Shown: positions 1 through 48,224, counted from the first letter of the stretch. The stretch is 64,000 nucleotides of DNA from Amoebidium appalachense (GCA_963693365.1 CAVNZM010000011.1:5847921-5911920); one strand, 5' to 3'. Translations and numbers: made by a program. Notes: a model not told the origin generated them from the letters alone.

Positions 1-546
1 AAAAAAGAGAAAGAAAGAAAAGAAAAAGAAAAAGAAAAGAAAGAAGCAAATGATTCGTTCAAACACATGCAAACAAGTACTCATTAATACATACACTCAC
101 CCTCCCGATGCCTCTCCTCCCCCTCCCCCCCCTCCCCCTTTTCCACAGACAAACACACACCAACACACACACACACGCACACACACACACACGCACACAC
201 GCACATACGCACACGCACACGCACGCACATGCACACACACATACACTCCTACACAATCCGTGTTGCATGAATTCTACTTACTATGTGATGTACAAGCTCT
301 TTGCGTGCTTGCAACTCTTATTACCCTCTACTTCGTAAATTTGCACTTTGTACTCGGTTACACACTCTAACCTCCCTGTCCCACTCCCCCTCCATCCCTC
401 CCTCCCCCCCCCCCCCCCCCCCCCCCCTTTCTCCCTCCCTTCCCACACTCCCCTCCCACCTCACCCCCCACCTCTCCTCCCCTCCCCGTCCCCCCCTCTC
501 TCCTCCTCCCCTCTCCCTCCCCTCCCCCTCCCCCCCCCCCCCCCAG

Positions 547-11260
<10,714 letters not shown>

Positions 11261-11480
11261 GGTCAACCCCGCGACACTCCGAGACAACTACCTACCGAGC
11301 GCTGATAGAGCTAGATGTTGTGAACATGGTTCTTCTTTATGATTTGGCTTTGACATAAGGAGCCTACTTACTCAATATATGATGGAGTCTAGGAGATATC
11401 ACATAATGAGCCTCGTAATCCCACGCACACCTCAGGCACATGTACACACGTGGCACACATGCACTACATAGTTGCTAATG

Positions 11481-11576
<96 letters not shown>

Positions 11577-12903
11577 GATTCCGGATTTGCAAAGTCTAAT
11601 ATCAAATTCAAATTTAAGTGTACTACCGTCACATTTCTTCACTGTCAATTGGGCGTATATTTTGTGAGTATCATCAGCCATTGACAGTCATGGCCATGCC
11701 ATGTAAACATGGTTTAAATTTGGGTTTAGTAGACGTCGTTTATTAGGCTGCGTGCGCACGGTTCATATGTGGGCGAAACGTGAGGCAGCATTTGAGTCGT
11801 TTAACCCTCCCGTGCCTGCGGATCCCCCCCCCCCCCCCCCTCCCCCCCCCCCCCCTCTCCCACGACCACTGCAATATGACTTACTCCACTTCCGGCTCCG
11901 GGTGTAGAGGCTGTAGGCCCTCCGAAGCTCCTTGAATGGTCAATCCCCCTAGATCACATCTGCATTCTGAACGTTCCAAGAAGCACAACAGCATTCCAAT
12001 TATAAAATTGTCAACGTTCCATTGGGTAATGTTAGCAGTTGCTAATGACACCCAATCAAAATGGAACCGTGACGTCACGCCGATCCTGCTTCACCTGGTG
12101 CGTTGCACTGGAAGTGCGCTTTATTCAGTTAGTTAGAACTGACTTATGTTCGACAGTTCATTCATCGGGTGAAGTACAACTTGGAAGTAGTTATGCGTAT
12201 AGTTAGACTGTTAGAAACTCGCAATAACTAGGCATATTGGTTCTACGAGCATACGGATGTCTTACTGGCCCTCGGAGGTGGACCGATCACCCTTGATCAG
12301 GTTCCATTTAGATATACCCCGATAATAGTTCAAATGGTCGTAAAGTGACTCAGACGTCAAGTCACGCCGTGAGTGTGACCGTGGCGAATAATAATATAAT
12401 CAACAGGTACATTTACAACTAAACGCAAAGAATATAAAATTCTTCCACCGATACTGATAATAGAAAAATATTACAACTACGAATTCTCTTTAAATTGCTT
12501 GAACCTTGGCATTCCAATCGCCATCGGCCCCCCCCCCCCCCCCCCCCCCCCTTTTTTTTTTTTTTTTTCGCTTGTCATATCCCTCCAACTTGGTGGCAGC
12601 ATGCAAACGCGAACACCGTGCACCAAAAGATGTCGCAGCCTCGGCTTATAAATTTACGTGGCCGTTTTCTCGACGCTTAGCCAAGTAAACATCAAGGGTA
12701 GGGAAACACCATAAGGCATGCTTTAGCACAGAACAGGCAATAGCTCTTATACATGTGCACGCTCACGATCTGTGGCCGCTTCTTTCTCGAGTGAACACAT
12801 ACCCACAAATCACTAGTCACGATAACCCAGCAGCATCACATCTTGCTGGCATGAATATAACCTTGGGGTAACTCCATCTTTATGAGGTTGAGAGATTAGG
12901 AAA

Positions 12904-23392
<10,489 letters not shown>

Positions 23393-24033
23393 GTAGAAAA
23401 ATACGAAATACCGACTGCAGGTCTCCTTTAAGTTTTAATATGACAAGATTAAATTTTAATTTTGAAAAAACCAACGATATTTTCTTTAAAAAGTTAATAT
23501 GCTTATGATGGAGATTGATTCGGAAGCAGCTGCTGTCCACAATCTGCTGTAGTTGCAGTGTTTGTCTCGAGACATGGCACATCGCATGACTTGATTATTC
23601 GTAAGGTACATTTTAGCTTGTTGCAGGATACTACCAATCAATGAACTTACTTGAATATACTAATCATAATGATTAGCTAATGATTATTATTGTATTATAA
23701 AGGCATTATAAAGTAATACATCAGCGCACTAAATTCATGGATGGGCAATAGGGCTCGACTAATCTTTGCCTTTTGTTTAAGGGCTTTTCCAATGCTATGA
23801 CAAACAAGTGTATGTTTTTCAACCTGAAGACTTAAGTTTGTGTGCCCACGGTAACACCATAGTGGCTGGAGACTGCTCAGTGAATGGCAACACGTGACCT
23901 TAATTGACGGATTGAAATCACCGGAGTTTCAACTTGACGTCAACAAATTGATGATAATCTCAGTACTACTCCATACATAAACCGTCGTTCCAAGTGACCG
24001 TAACAAAGCTGTAAACTGGCTCAACCAGCCCAG

Positions 24034-24066
<33 letters not shown>

Positions 24067-24724
24067 TTCCTCTCCTCCCCCCCCCCCCCCCCCCCCCCTT
24101 CCTCTCCCCCCCCCCCCCCCCCCCCACCCCCCTTCCCCCGGACCACGGGGGCCCCCATCCGGATGGCCACCTCCCTCCCGCGTCCCCGTGACACAAACCC
24201 TATGTGTATACTGTGGGCTTTCCACGTGTACACATTTAGAGGCAAACGCCCACACTGTGGTTGCCACATGTGCATGCATGTGTACACACACACATGCACA
24301 CACAGAGACCGTGGTACACGTGCACACGTACACGCACATGCTCGAGCAGACTGCAGAGTACTCACTAGAGTGCACACTCGTTCAACAGTCCGGGGGGAGT
24401 TTGTTGGGGGAGGGGGTGGAGGGGGGGGGGGGGGGGGGGGGGGGGGCAATGGCCATCTAGAGATAAATAGCTGCACCGTGAATTGGCGCAGGATTTATCG
24501 ACCCCCTCCCCCCCCCCCCCCCCCCGGCCCCCCCTCCTCCGCCCTCCAATTTTGAGGCCTTCCCCCCCCCCCCCCCCCCCCCCCAATCCCCAAAGGGTTA
24601 AACGTTATTAGCTAGCCATCAGGGTGGCAACTTGGCGAGAAAGAAAACTGTCATCAAATTTAATTTCTCTTTATTCAGTTTATAAGTGTGCTGTTAATTT
24701 GGATATGAATAAAAAATTAGGTAT

Positions 24725-24758
24725 ACAAGGAGGTCTAAGCGCCGGCTGTCGCCGGCGC
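24725..24758 (-). mobile_element. Possible Helitron/Helentron-like 3' terminus (GC hairpin followed by CTTG)
   Basis: Perfect stem GCGCCGGC-TGTC-GCCGGCGC (24739-24758). On the minus strand it is followed 9 nt later by CTTG-T. The canonical Helitron end is CTRR, so this is only a partial match. Confidence 0.3.
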
Positions 24759-24813
24759 CTAAAACGAGTCAAAGTGGATGAGTATGGCAACGATGGACAC
24801 TCATACAAACCAC

Positions 24814-24910
<97 letters not shown>

Positions 24911-25019
24911 CACATGTACACGCGTACGTACGATGCACCCCCGGGTACGGCATGTATTCACACGAACAAAGTTCCACACACACTTTGTTTCAGACACACA
25001 CACACAACACACGCACAAC

Positions 25020-25097
<78 letters not shown>

Positions 25098-25735
25098 GCA
25101 CGCACGCGCACACACACACACACACACACACCACACACACACACACACACACTGATGCTGCTATGCCGGGCTGTCTCTCCCCCCAACTTGTGAATGGGAG
25201 AGGAGATGAAGTGACGTGTCGCTTGGGCCTTTTTTTTTTCTTCGTACGGGTAGAAATAAAAGCATCTTGCTGCTACACGTAACTTGGCGTTGTAACTGTA
25301 AAGTGCTATCCGTGGCACTATGTTGGTGAATCTGACGGGCATAACAATACTCCGGGTAGAAACGCCGGCCACAAATAATCATCACACCCCGACGCTCGGA
25401 ATATCGTAACCCAAAATAAAAGTGTGGTAGCAACTAGACGACTTCTAGGTAATACCGCATCACGAACGAACTGCGGCGCTGTGCGTGGCGTATCGTGCCT
25501 AAAGCCCAAAATCCCCCTAAATCTATGCGCTTGGCGGAGTTCTGCATACATGATTTTGCGCGAATTGGTACGGTGCAGAAGGATTCCGGCAGGGCTGTAA
25601 TTTTCGCCGTAACGATAGCCATACAACATACATGAAAACGCGCTAACGAATAACTTCGGGTAAAAACCTTCTAGAAATGATTATCAAAAAAACAAAAAGA
25701 GGGACATAAAAGAGGTGGAATTTAGGTCCATTTTC

Positions 25736-25744
25736 TATAAAAAG
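25736..25744 (+). promoter_or_regulatory. TATA box upstream of the OB-fold-like gene
   Basis: TATAAAAAG lies 87 nt before the ATG at 25823, with a pyrimidine-rich TCA initiator-like site about 28 nt downstream. Confidence 0.55.
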
Positions 25745-25822
25745 GGGACCTTCGTCTTCCTGCTGTCACCACATCCACATTTCAACACCCCGTCCACAGC
25801 TCGTTGATTCACGGATTTGAAA

Positions 25823-27790
25823 ATGAATCTGCACCCACACATGATGCATGCATCCTTCCTTATGGATGTCCTCTCGGTTGTGATGCTTCCCACCAACCTT
25901 AAGCCCGGTGAGAGGCACACCGCTGCTATGGTCAAGGGCAGGAACACCACCATGTGCCTGAATGCCACGAACAACGCCGAACCCAACTTGCAGATCGTCG
26001 TCATGGTGTTCAACAACGAGAAGGACCCCAAGTACTTGGAGATGGCCAAAAACAGTGCTGGTAGCGTCGTCCATGTGCAGGGCCGTTTGTCTGCCAATGT
26101 GGAAACATTTGTCGACCGTAACCGCCCTGGAGCCACCCATGTGATCAAGGGTGCCGGGATCGTCACCCAAGTTGTCTCGGCAGCTCATAAGGCCGCATTC
26201 AAGACCATGGTTGCACCCCACATGTGGAGTGCGTATGGCGCCGTTGTGCTCGGGATTGAGAAAGTCTACAAACCCAAGATCAACCTGACAGACGCCGATG
26301 CAGCGCTGGCAAGTGTGGATATGAAGTGCATGGGGCGCATCTATGGGGTCGGGAATAAGGAGGATCGTTACATTGGTCAACCCGTGTGCATGGTGCGTGC
26401 ACGTGCCGTTGCCAAGATGCTCCGTAACAAAGACGGCACCCTTGACCACGTACTGGAGGGAGGCATCGTCCAGGCGTCCGGTGAGCTTACCTACATCCAG
26501 GGCAAGAACATTTTCGTTCTCGACACCACTGTGGGTGGGACATGTGTGCTCGTGCGGGAACCGGCTGCCACTACTGGACCTGTGTGATCAGCCCGCTGCC
26601 CGGGCCAGATGTCGATGGGCCCGGCGGCGCCTCCGCCCAGCCTGTCGGCAGGACAGATGCGTGAGCCACGGGCCGGTCAAGCTCCGCGACCCAGCCGGGC
26701 CTGTCACATTTTCGGGAACGTTTTTTCTATTTTCAGCTTTTCTTTTGTCTCAGTTTTTTCAGTTTTTTTCTCAGCATCTTTCGAAGTGGGCGAGAAATTA
26801 GTAGAAAATGTGGCCACCCTCAGAAGAAGAGCTTGTAAAGCTGTACATGCTGTTTATAACAACATTAGTGTAGGTTTGAAGCTCGTTGTGCCACCCCTCC
26901 AACCTAGCACGCCGGGGGAGCCCATTCTCATCCACCAGACCGTCAAAGAGGCCATGGTCACGAGCCAGACGGGCCAGCTCCTCCACCCAACCGTCATACC
27001 CAGCTGCGCTCGTAATAATGGCACGAAGCTGGGGTGCAGTGTACTGAGGCTGACTCATGTTTGCGGTGTCGTGTTATTTGGAAAAACGGGCGATGCAAAC
27101 TGACCTCAACCGCCAGCGTCGCTGCTTTATGAAGGCTGCGTGAACTCTGCCGCCAAAAACAGCCAATCAATGTTAAGCGCGCCAAAACTTTTAGCCAATC
27201 AGCGTTAACTGGCGACGAGCCCTGACGGGATGGAAATCGACACCTCATTTTATGGCCGACAGGCTCGTCGGGGTGGCGATGGGCCCGGCCAGGTCTAATC
27301 AGCCAGATCGTTGAACTGATACGAGGAATTTGACCGCATACCAACGGCCGACGAGCCCCCGGCGCCGAGCCGATCACACAGGTCCACTGCTGCCACACCC
27401 ACTGGATCCGACATCAAACTGGGCAACCTGCAGCTGTCTGGGGCGAGCAACTCTGCCCTTCGTGGATTGGCTGCTATTCTATCCTATGATGATGTGAACG
27501 AGGAAAACGGGGAGAAGGAAGACATGAACGAGGACGAGCCCGTTGCCACCCCTACCAAGAAACGTAAGATGGGGGCAAAGCTTTTCCTGTCGACCGACGA
27601 CGACGACGTCCCTCTGAAGGATATTGCAGCCATCAAGAAAACCAAGGACAACGACAATTTGATGGGCCACGTCAATTCCGATGTTGACGAGCCCGAGGAT
27701 TCCAATTCGGAGGGAGAAGACGGTGACGATGACATCGAGGAAGATTACGGCTTGCTCGATGGTGCAGCCATTTTCAACGTTGAGGATTAA
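25823..27790 (+). CDS. Tandem OB-fold-like (SSB/RPA-like) putative ssDNA-binding protein with an acidic, NLS-bearing C-terminus
   Basis: Non-repetitive ORF 25823-26587 rich in G/C-ending codons, with two G-x-V-V-x-x-x-G-x-L strand motifs (AGSVVHVQGRL, EGGIVQASGEL) resembling SSB/RPA OB folds. A tentative splice model (25823-26534, 26874-27033, 27382-27790; ~426 aa) links it in frame to the D/E-rich segment containing PTKKRK. The coding potential is clear; the fold and the splice joins are inferred. Confidence 0.6.
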
Positions 27791-28378
27791 CTTCCAGTGC
27801 TGCAGTGCCCATAGCCCATTTCCACTATGTATTGTTTGTAATAATATATTTTGATTTATTTGACGTTATCTAATACTATTGGGGATAGAACAAACAAACC
27901 AAAACAATGCTGTTCTGTTTAGTTGTGGGAATTAATTGCATGGAATTTTAATAGCACTGTGTTATCAGTCTAGGGAGAGATTGCCATTGCCGAAGTACCA
28001 AGTTTACTTGTGGTCCTCCAAAAACATGTAGCTGAAAACCACCAAGTGCAATATGTTTTAAATTGCTTGCAAAATTTTTATAATATTATTATTATCTTGT
28101 TGTTTTACTTATTTTACAGAACTGTATGGTAACCCCCTTTATGATATGTATGGGCACGCAATAAAACTTTCCACGTGCACTGAGTGCCAGGTGGGCAACA
28201 TATTTCCGTGCATACTTGCTTATCTTTCCGTCGAATAAATCCAGTCAAAAGAAAAAACAATTGGCACCCCCCCCCGAAATGTTCCCGAACATAAAATCAT
28301 CATTCTACGGTGTGTGTCAATATACCATGCTCACAAGTCAGTACTGCAATTATACTATTCTCAGTTTACTTCAAAGCA

Positions 28379-28411
<33 letters not shown>

Positions 28412-28873
28412 CCCTCTTCCCATTCCCTGCCCCCCCAAATGTTTTTAAGTTATGCTTTTCATACTCAGTGACTGCAATCATGGCACCCGTGTTTTCTAGA
28501 TATATTTCCTTTCATTGTGTTCAACGTCTATGTGTGTGTGTGTGTGTGTGTGTGTGCATGTTTGTGTGTGTGTGAATGTGTGTGTGTGGGCCAAGTGAAG
28601 GTTGTATGCGCTTTTTTCTTCTTAGTTGTTTTTGTATTCTATTCGATTATTACTTTGTGTGTAAATGTGGAAAAAAAAACAAATAAAAAAACAACGACCA
28701 CCGCCCAGCTTGAATCACCCTAGCTCTAGTGTAAAACAATAATCATTATCAGTCACAAACCCTTCTACTACACTCGCCCCAAATGTCATTTTCACATTAC
28801 TGAGTTGATTTAGTTGTGTTTTTTACTCTATTTTTTTCAACAACTGTCTGCTATTAAACAGTAAAATGTACAT

Positions 28874-28904
<31 letters not shown>

Positions 28905-28913
28905 CCACAGGCC

Positions 28914-28956
<43 letters not shown>

Positions 28957-29117
28957 ATATAGAATTTACCGTCCTCATCCCCGTGTCCCCCTAAACCGGT
29001 GTTAGCAGACCTTTGAGGTTTTTGTGATTGGATTGGTAGTTCTATTACATTAAAAATTTCAAAATGTCGTTGTACCAATGATATAATACGTTGTAAAACA
29101 AATGTCGCCGAATTTCT

Positions 29118-29750
29118 CTAAAAAAAGTGCGTTCCATTCTGGGTTAGAAACCCAAACCGTTTTGATATTTATTTCAAAGCCCCGAGTACGTACATCCTCT
29201 CGGGCCCAACTTTACGGCACTATATTTCAATTTTCTCATTATCAAATGTATAGTTATTTTAGGCTTTTTCATTAGTATCGCAAGAATATTCAGCGATTTT
29301 GATGTCATAAAAACAACTAAGCAACGTTTCGATGGTTTTTGATGCCTCACAAAATGGCCTTAGGTCCCCTCCAAATTCCGGATTTGAGGTCCGGCACTAA
29401 AAAAGGTGCGTTCCATTCTGGGTTAGAAACGAAAACCGTTTTGATACGGGAATCACCTGATCTCTGCCGTCATTCAGCCCAGCGCGTTCACAGTAGACTC
29501 CGAAACCGCTGGTTTTTTTCTTTTTATTTCAAAGCCCCGAGTACGTACATCCTCTCGGGTCCAACTTTAGGGCACTATATTTCAATTTTCTCATTATCAA
29601 ATATATAGTTATTTTGGGCTTTTTCATTGGTATCGCAAGAATATTTAGCGATTTTGATGTCATAAAAACAACTAAGCAACGTTTCGATGGTTTTTGATGC
29701 CTCACAAAATGGCCTTTGGTCCCCTCCAAATTCCGGATTTGAGGTCCGGC
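29118..29750. repeat. Tandem duplication of a ~280-bp unique AT-rich unit; copy 2 has an extra ~75 bp
   Basis: gtgcgttccattctgggttagaaac..ccgttttgata and tttatttcaaagccccgagtacgtacatcc..gatttgaggtccggc occur twice (~29118-29396 and ~29397-29750) with few substitutions. Confidence 0.92.
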
Positions 29751-30023
29751 AAACAACGCATTATATATATTGTTAATGCATCCGCGAGTAAACCGCCCCC
29801 CACACATATTACACATACGAGCAGGAGACACCAGAAACCGATTATACACCGCCAAGCCATAATAATCATCTTTGCGTTTTTACACCACACCACATTACGA
29901 ACAAACGAATCTATGTAGGAACGAAACTCTCTAACCGTATCCACCATATAGGCTACTAGTAGTTGGTGTTTTTGCGGTCCTAACACAGGAAGGGACTCAA
30001 CACGTAGAGTAAAAAGATATCTA

Positions 30024-30320
30024 TCAGCCATAGACGAAACTATTCATATGAACACTATGATCTAGCCGTACCTCCGGTGGGGTCGCCAGCCATTCCGCAT
30101 AACGCTCGACAATGGGCAGAGACGATGTGGAAGGGAAGAGGTAGAGGGGCGAGTCCGGCGGGGATGCGTGTAGGAGCGGGTGGTCCGGGGCACAAGCGGA
30201 CAGGCGGGTGATGTGCTCGTGAAATTTAAAGATGGTGGTGTGAGTGCGTAGAGAGCATGTGTACGTGCATGACGTGTGCATCAGCGTATGCATTTTCAGT
30301 GGCTCTTCTGAAAAGCTCAT
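30024..30320 (-). CDS. Possible small hypothetical gene (unresolved, perhaps spliced)
   Basis: Non-repetitive 98-aa ORF with an internal donor-like GAG|GTACGG and TTTATAGA about 30 nt upstream. No recognisable domain. Confidence 0.2.
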   Translation of the reverse strand: MSFSEEPLKMHTLMHTSCTYTCSLRTHTTIFKFHEHITRLSACAPDHPLLHASPPDSPLYLFPSTSSLPIVERYAEWLATPPEVRLDHSVHMNSFVYG

Positions 30321-31687
30321 GGTCCCGTGCGAAATATTTTAGAACGGGGCTCTATAAAGAGTGTATTTTCAGTTATAAAACAAAACCCCTTTCCGTTTCA
30401 AATTCAAGTATATGGGGTGTATGTTTTCTGAGTTGAAAGCACCCCCCAAACCTCAAATCTACTTGGTTTCCATCAGCATTCTACGGTTCAGGGCTATTAA
30501 TGTTTTATGTAAACATGGAAGTAACCTGCACCGAATAAAGAGGTGTGTAATACGGTGTTTTCGCTGAGGTGGGTTGGAGTCAGTAAAGCTATTGCGCTTC
30601 AAGACCCCAAAAGCCTTTGATATGATTTATTACAAAATTTTTCTTCAGAGTGTTTTGTACGTAGCTGCAACGCGATGTAATGCCAAATTAAAATGTCAGA
30701 AAAAATGGACAAAATCGGAAATTGGACTATAAATACCGGCTTTTGGTTTTCGTTTAAAAGCAAAGACCGCATCTGGAGGATCAGGGTAGGAACCTGGCGT
30801 CACCCGGCCCTTTCGCTGCTCGTGGGCAGGCACGCCAGGACATATGCATCACAGTGTACGGAGTTATTTTGTCTTCAGTGTCAGTGTCTTACAAGTATAA
30901 AAGTACCACTACTTCTATGTTATCAGTTTGCCTTTATCTATCTCTTTTTCTTCTTCAATAACATATATAATGTAATAGGCTCTTTCACAGCTATATAGCG
31001 AGTGTAGCATGGATGAAACTCGTCGCTTGATGCCCGTGTCCACAAAATTTTTTTTTTCTTTTTTTCTTTTGACTGGATTGAAAACAGTCGATATAGACTG
31101 TTGGAGCAAGTTTGTTTTTTCGTTTTCGATAACAAGTAATAGTTACTTTCTCGCTGCATCAAAAACATTCAAATCTGACACCCACAAATACACCTAAAAC
31201 AAGGCTTATAGTCTGCTGATATGTAAAGGAAGTAACTTAGCTAAGCGCGAGAACAAACATCAACTGTTAAAGAAAAATCTGAGTGACCTTGAAGTTTTTT
31301 GGTTTGGGTTGTCTCGAAGTCCCCACTGAGCCAGGGTCTCAGTGACGATCACAATTCAAACATAGTGTGAAAAAAAGAGTTTGAAACTTTCAGAATTCAA
31401 AGGCAGTTTTCTAAAAAGGGATCTGCCACTCACCCACAGCAAAGGACGAAAAGGAAGGAAGTAAGAAAAAAGGAAAGATCCCGAAAGAAAAAGAAGCCCA
31501 TGAAAGGCTTGGGGAGTGAGTAGGGTTTCCTCATAATTTGCTGGATGATCATGTTCCGTAGTCCGACTCTGAGCAACTCCGAAAGGTCAAACCTGTGAGC
31601 AATCAATCCAAGTGGCCGTGTTTTTGCGCTGAATTTCTGACTTCACGAAGGTTTAATGGAAACGGTAGACTATTATCAAGAACGAAA

Positions 31688-44851
<13,164 letters not shown>

Positions 44852-44950
44852 TTTTGTGGTCAGGTGCGGGTGTGTGTTTGGGTGTGTGCGTGTGGGTGTG
44901 TATGTGTGTGTGTGTGTGTGCCTGTGTGTATGCGCTCATGCGTGTATGTG

Positions 44951-45037
<87 letters not shown>

Positions 45038-45830
45038 TGTGTGCACGAATGTTTGTGTGCACGTGTGTGTGCGTGTGGAGGAGCTCTATAACACATTTTC
45101 AAAGTTCCTTTACAATGCATTGCGAGGTTTTGAATGTATAAGTTGTCCCATCTCTCGAATGTAAAAGAAAGGGGTTCCGATTGGCTTCTGGAGATGCATT
45201 TTATTGGCACATTACTTTGTATGGCACATGGGCTATATACAAGCCTCCCTATATTTCTTCCAGGAATTCCGGGAGATTTTTTTTTGAAGTCTCTTGCATG
45301 TGGGAGCATGTCCCGCTGCTTTTGTGTTCATTTAGTTACAAGATGCTTTTTTTAATAAGTCATGGACATTCCGTCCTAATTGTCGCAGATAAGGGGGTTA
45401 AACTTCCACGTTCATTTTTATATAGATGCTTTGCAAGGCAGAAGTGTTTTATAAATGCTGAAATACCTTATTATAGCAATCTTTGAATTGATTGTTGTAG
45501 TAGGATCTAAAAAAAGCAGTATGTATGCAGATGATCATTTCATTGGTCATGGATTTACTGCCGTAGTTTCTTTAAGCTATACTTGGAATAAAGAAGATAC
45601 GCCGAAGGTGCCGTTTTTGTTATAAATTTGTTCAAGCTGGGAGTGTGAATGGGGTGGGTGTGGCCAAAAAAGATATGAAGGACAACGATACACATGTACA
45701 AACATGCAAGCACGCACACAAAACTCACATGCGTGCACACACAAACACATGTACATATGTACACACACACACACACTCACTCTCTCTCTTTACTGAACCT
45801 AGCTCACGCGAGCCACAAACAGGTGCGCAC

Positions 45831-45890
<60 letters not shown>

Positions 45891-46084
45891 ACACACACAC
45901 GCACACACACCTACTTGTTTGCGTACTTCCAGTTTAGCATCTGCAGTGGCACTTTACTTTTCTTTGCATACAGCTCATGAAACCGGCTGCTACATGTGCA
46001 TTTTGCATACACGAGACTCAGTGTTTGGGTGCTCTCCTACGTTCTCTCAGGACCCCTGACCTGTTGAGCAGCTGTGCTCTCCCC

Positions 46085-46124
<40 letters not shown>

Positions 46125-46203
46125 ACCAATGTCCTTCAACATACATATTCACACTGGCACACACACGTGTACACACACACACATCGTCATTTACACCCCC
46201 TTC

Positions 46204-46247
<44 letters not shown>

Positions 46248-46406
46248 CCCCCGGTGTGGCTTGTGATCTGCATTTCTCCCAGGAGCTCCCTCCCACTACT
46301 CTTTCTAGATCTTTTCTCTTTCTAGAATTCTCCTCGAGGCCCTGTGTCTGTTGACGCAGAAACCCCATCATGAAACGGTCATATGTCTGTTTCCCCCCCT
46401 CCTTCC

Positions 46407-46445
<39 letters not shown>

Positions 46446-47635
46446 CCCCACCCCCCGGGGCCTCCACACACACACTTTTACGCAGGTTAAACCCCCATGC
46501 ATGCATACGAAGAAATTCATGATTGCCCCCCCCCCCCCCCCCCCCCTCTCAGCCCCCCTCCCTCTCAGCCCCCCCTCCCCTCTCAGCCCCTCCCCCCCCC
46601 CCCCCCCCCCTCCTTGTGGCTGGGGGGGGGGGGGCCGGGGCCGGGGGGGAGGGGGCCCGGCACCCCCCCCCCCAGCCACAAGGAGGGGGGGGGGGGGGGG
46701 GAAGATATTAGTGCTAGCGCTCACGTACAGGAATTCGAAGCCTGATCATGAAGTACTTGTCACAGTCGACGTGCAGACAGTCTTTATGCGCACTGCCCGC
46801 ATGCACATGGGCTTAGCACCATATAACTACCAACGCCAATAGCATTTTGTTTCGCCCCAAATTTTTAATAATGAAAATTTCACCCCCTAGGCCTGGCCGG
46901 CTATTGCACATATCATAAATGGCAATGTCGCATATGCATGAATACCAGGCTGAATACGTATGGTCTTCTATTATCGGGCAGTACGCACTATTTGTTTTTT
47001 TCTGTTCGTGTCGCTGGTTGGGGTGTCAGGTTACTGTATATATGTACCGAACTCCAACATTACCGGATATGTATGCTTCAACCAAGCGAAGTCAGAACCA
47101 TGAATGTGCCCCCTCCTCCGCAGAGTCGTGGCGAGTATGTGCCTGCGCGTGTGCACGCGTGAAGTGTCGGTATGCGTGTGAGTGTACAGACGTGTGTACT
47201 TGTGCATGCGCGTGTGTAAGTACCTGTGCGTATGTGTGTATGCGCTGTTGCTTGTGCGTGTGTGTACACAAATGTGCGCGTGTGCACATCGTACGCTTGT
47301 GCTTGTGTGTGTGTGTGTATGTGTGTGTGTATGTGTGTGTGTGTGTGTGTGCGCGCGCATGTGCGTGCTTGTGTGTGTACATGTGTGTGTGTGTGTGTGC
47401 GCACGCGCGTGTATGTGCAACTCGTTTGTCTGCATGTCTCTCGATGTGCGTGTGGACTTTTGTCTAATTGCATTCGGATGCCAACATCTTTATTTTCCTC
47501 CCGTTCCCTACAATGTCTTAACATTCACCGCCTCTTTTGAGTGGGTACCAGCCCCAAAGGATATTACATCTGATATATTCCCTTTCCCAAAAAATATACA
47601 ACACATGAAAAACAGAAAAAGAGAGCAGTATAACC

Positions 47636-47671
<36 letters not shown>

Positions 47672-48061
47672 TGTCCCTACCAAAGCAACCCAGTGTGTGC
47701 TCGTTGAAGAATTCACGATTCAGCATAATGTATCGCTTTGCGGAATGATATATTTGGCAAATTTTGTGCATTTTCACACGGCTGGATTGTGCGCCGCCGA
47801 CGTGAATTGTAGATGGAAAAAAATGTTCACTCATCATCTGTGGGAGAGAAAAACAATCATGATTAGTCATCAGTCTACCAACCACACGTGCCCTAAGGGC
47901 ATACACCCCTCAAACGGAGTCTTTTTATCCCTGATTGTTCTTGTTCACCCACACACGCGCGCACACAGACCCACACGGGCGCGCACACACACACACAGGT
48001 CCTCATACCCGAAGTCCTCACACACACCCGTACCGAGGATTCCAAAAAAGCTATACCCCCC

Positions 48062-48092
<31 letters not shown>

Positions 48093-48134
48093 AAAAAAAA
48101 AAAAAAAAAAACACGCGGCCCGTGCGCGCACGCG

Positions 48135-48224
<90 letters not shown>

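Noticed and set aside
11884-11950. In-frame TGA (GD*PFKELRRAY) on the minus strand as selenocysteine
   Set aside because: No recognisable selenoprotein motif, gene model or SECIS; most likely an ordinary stop or non-coding sequence.
24620-28199. CAGGGTGGCAAC (24620) and CAGGTGGGCAAC (28188) as hAT terminal inverted repeats
   Set aside because: Both are in the same orientation; I found no inverted partner or 8-bp target-site duplication.
45970-46842. Possible + strand exons (46326-46377, 46731-46842)
   Set aside because: No phase-consistent model or recognisable domain; may be UTR or non-coding.
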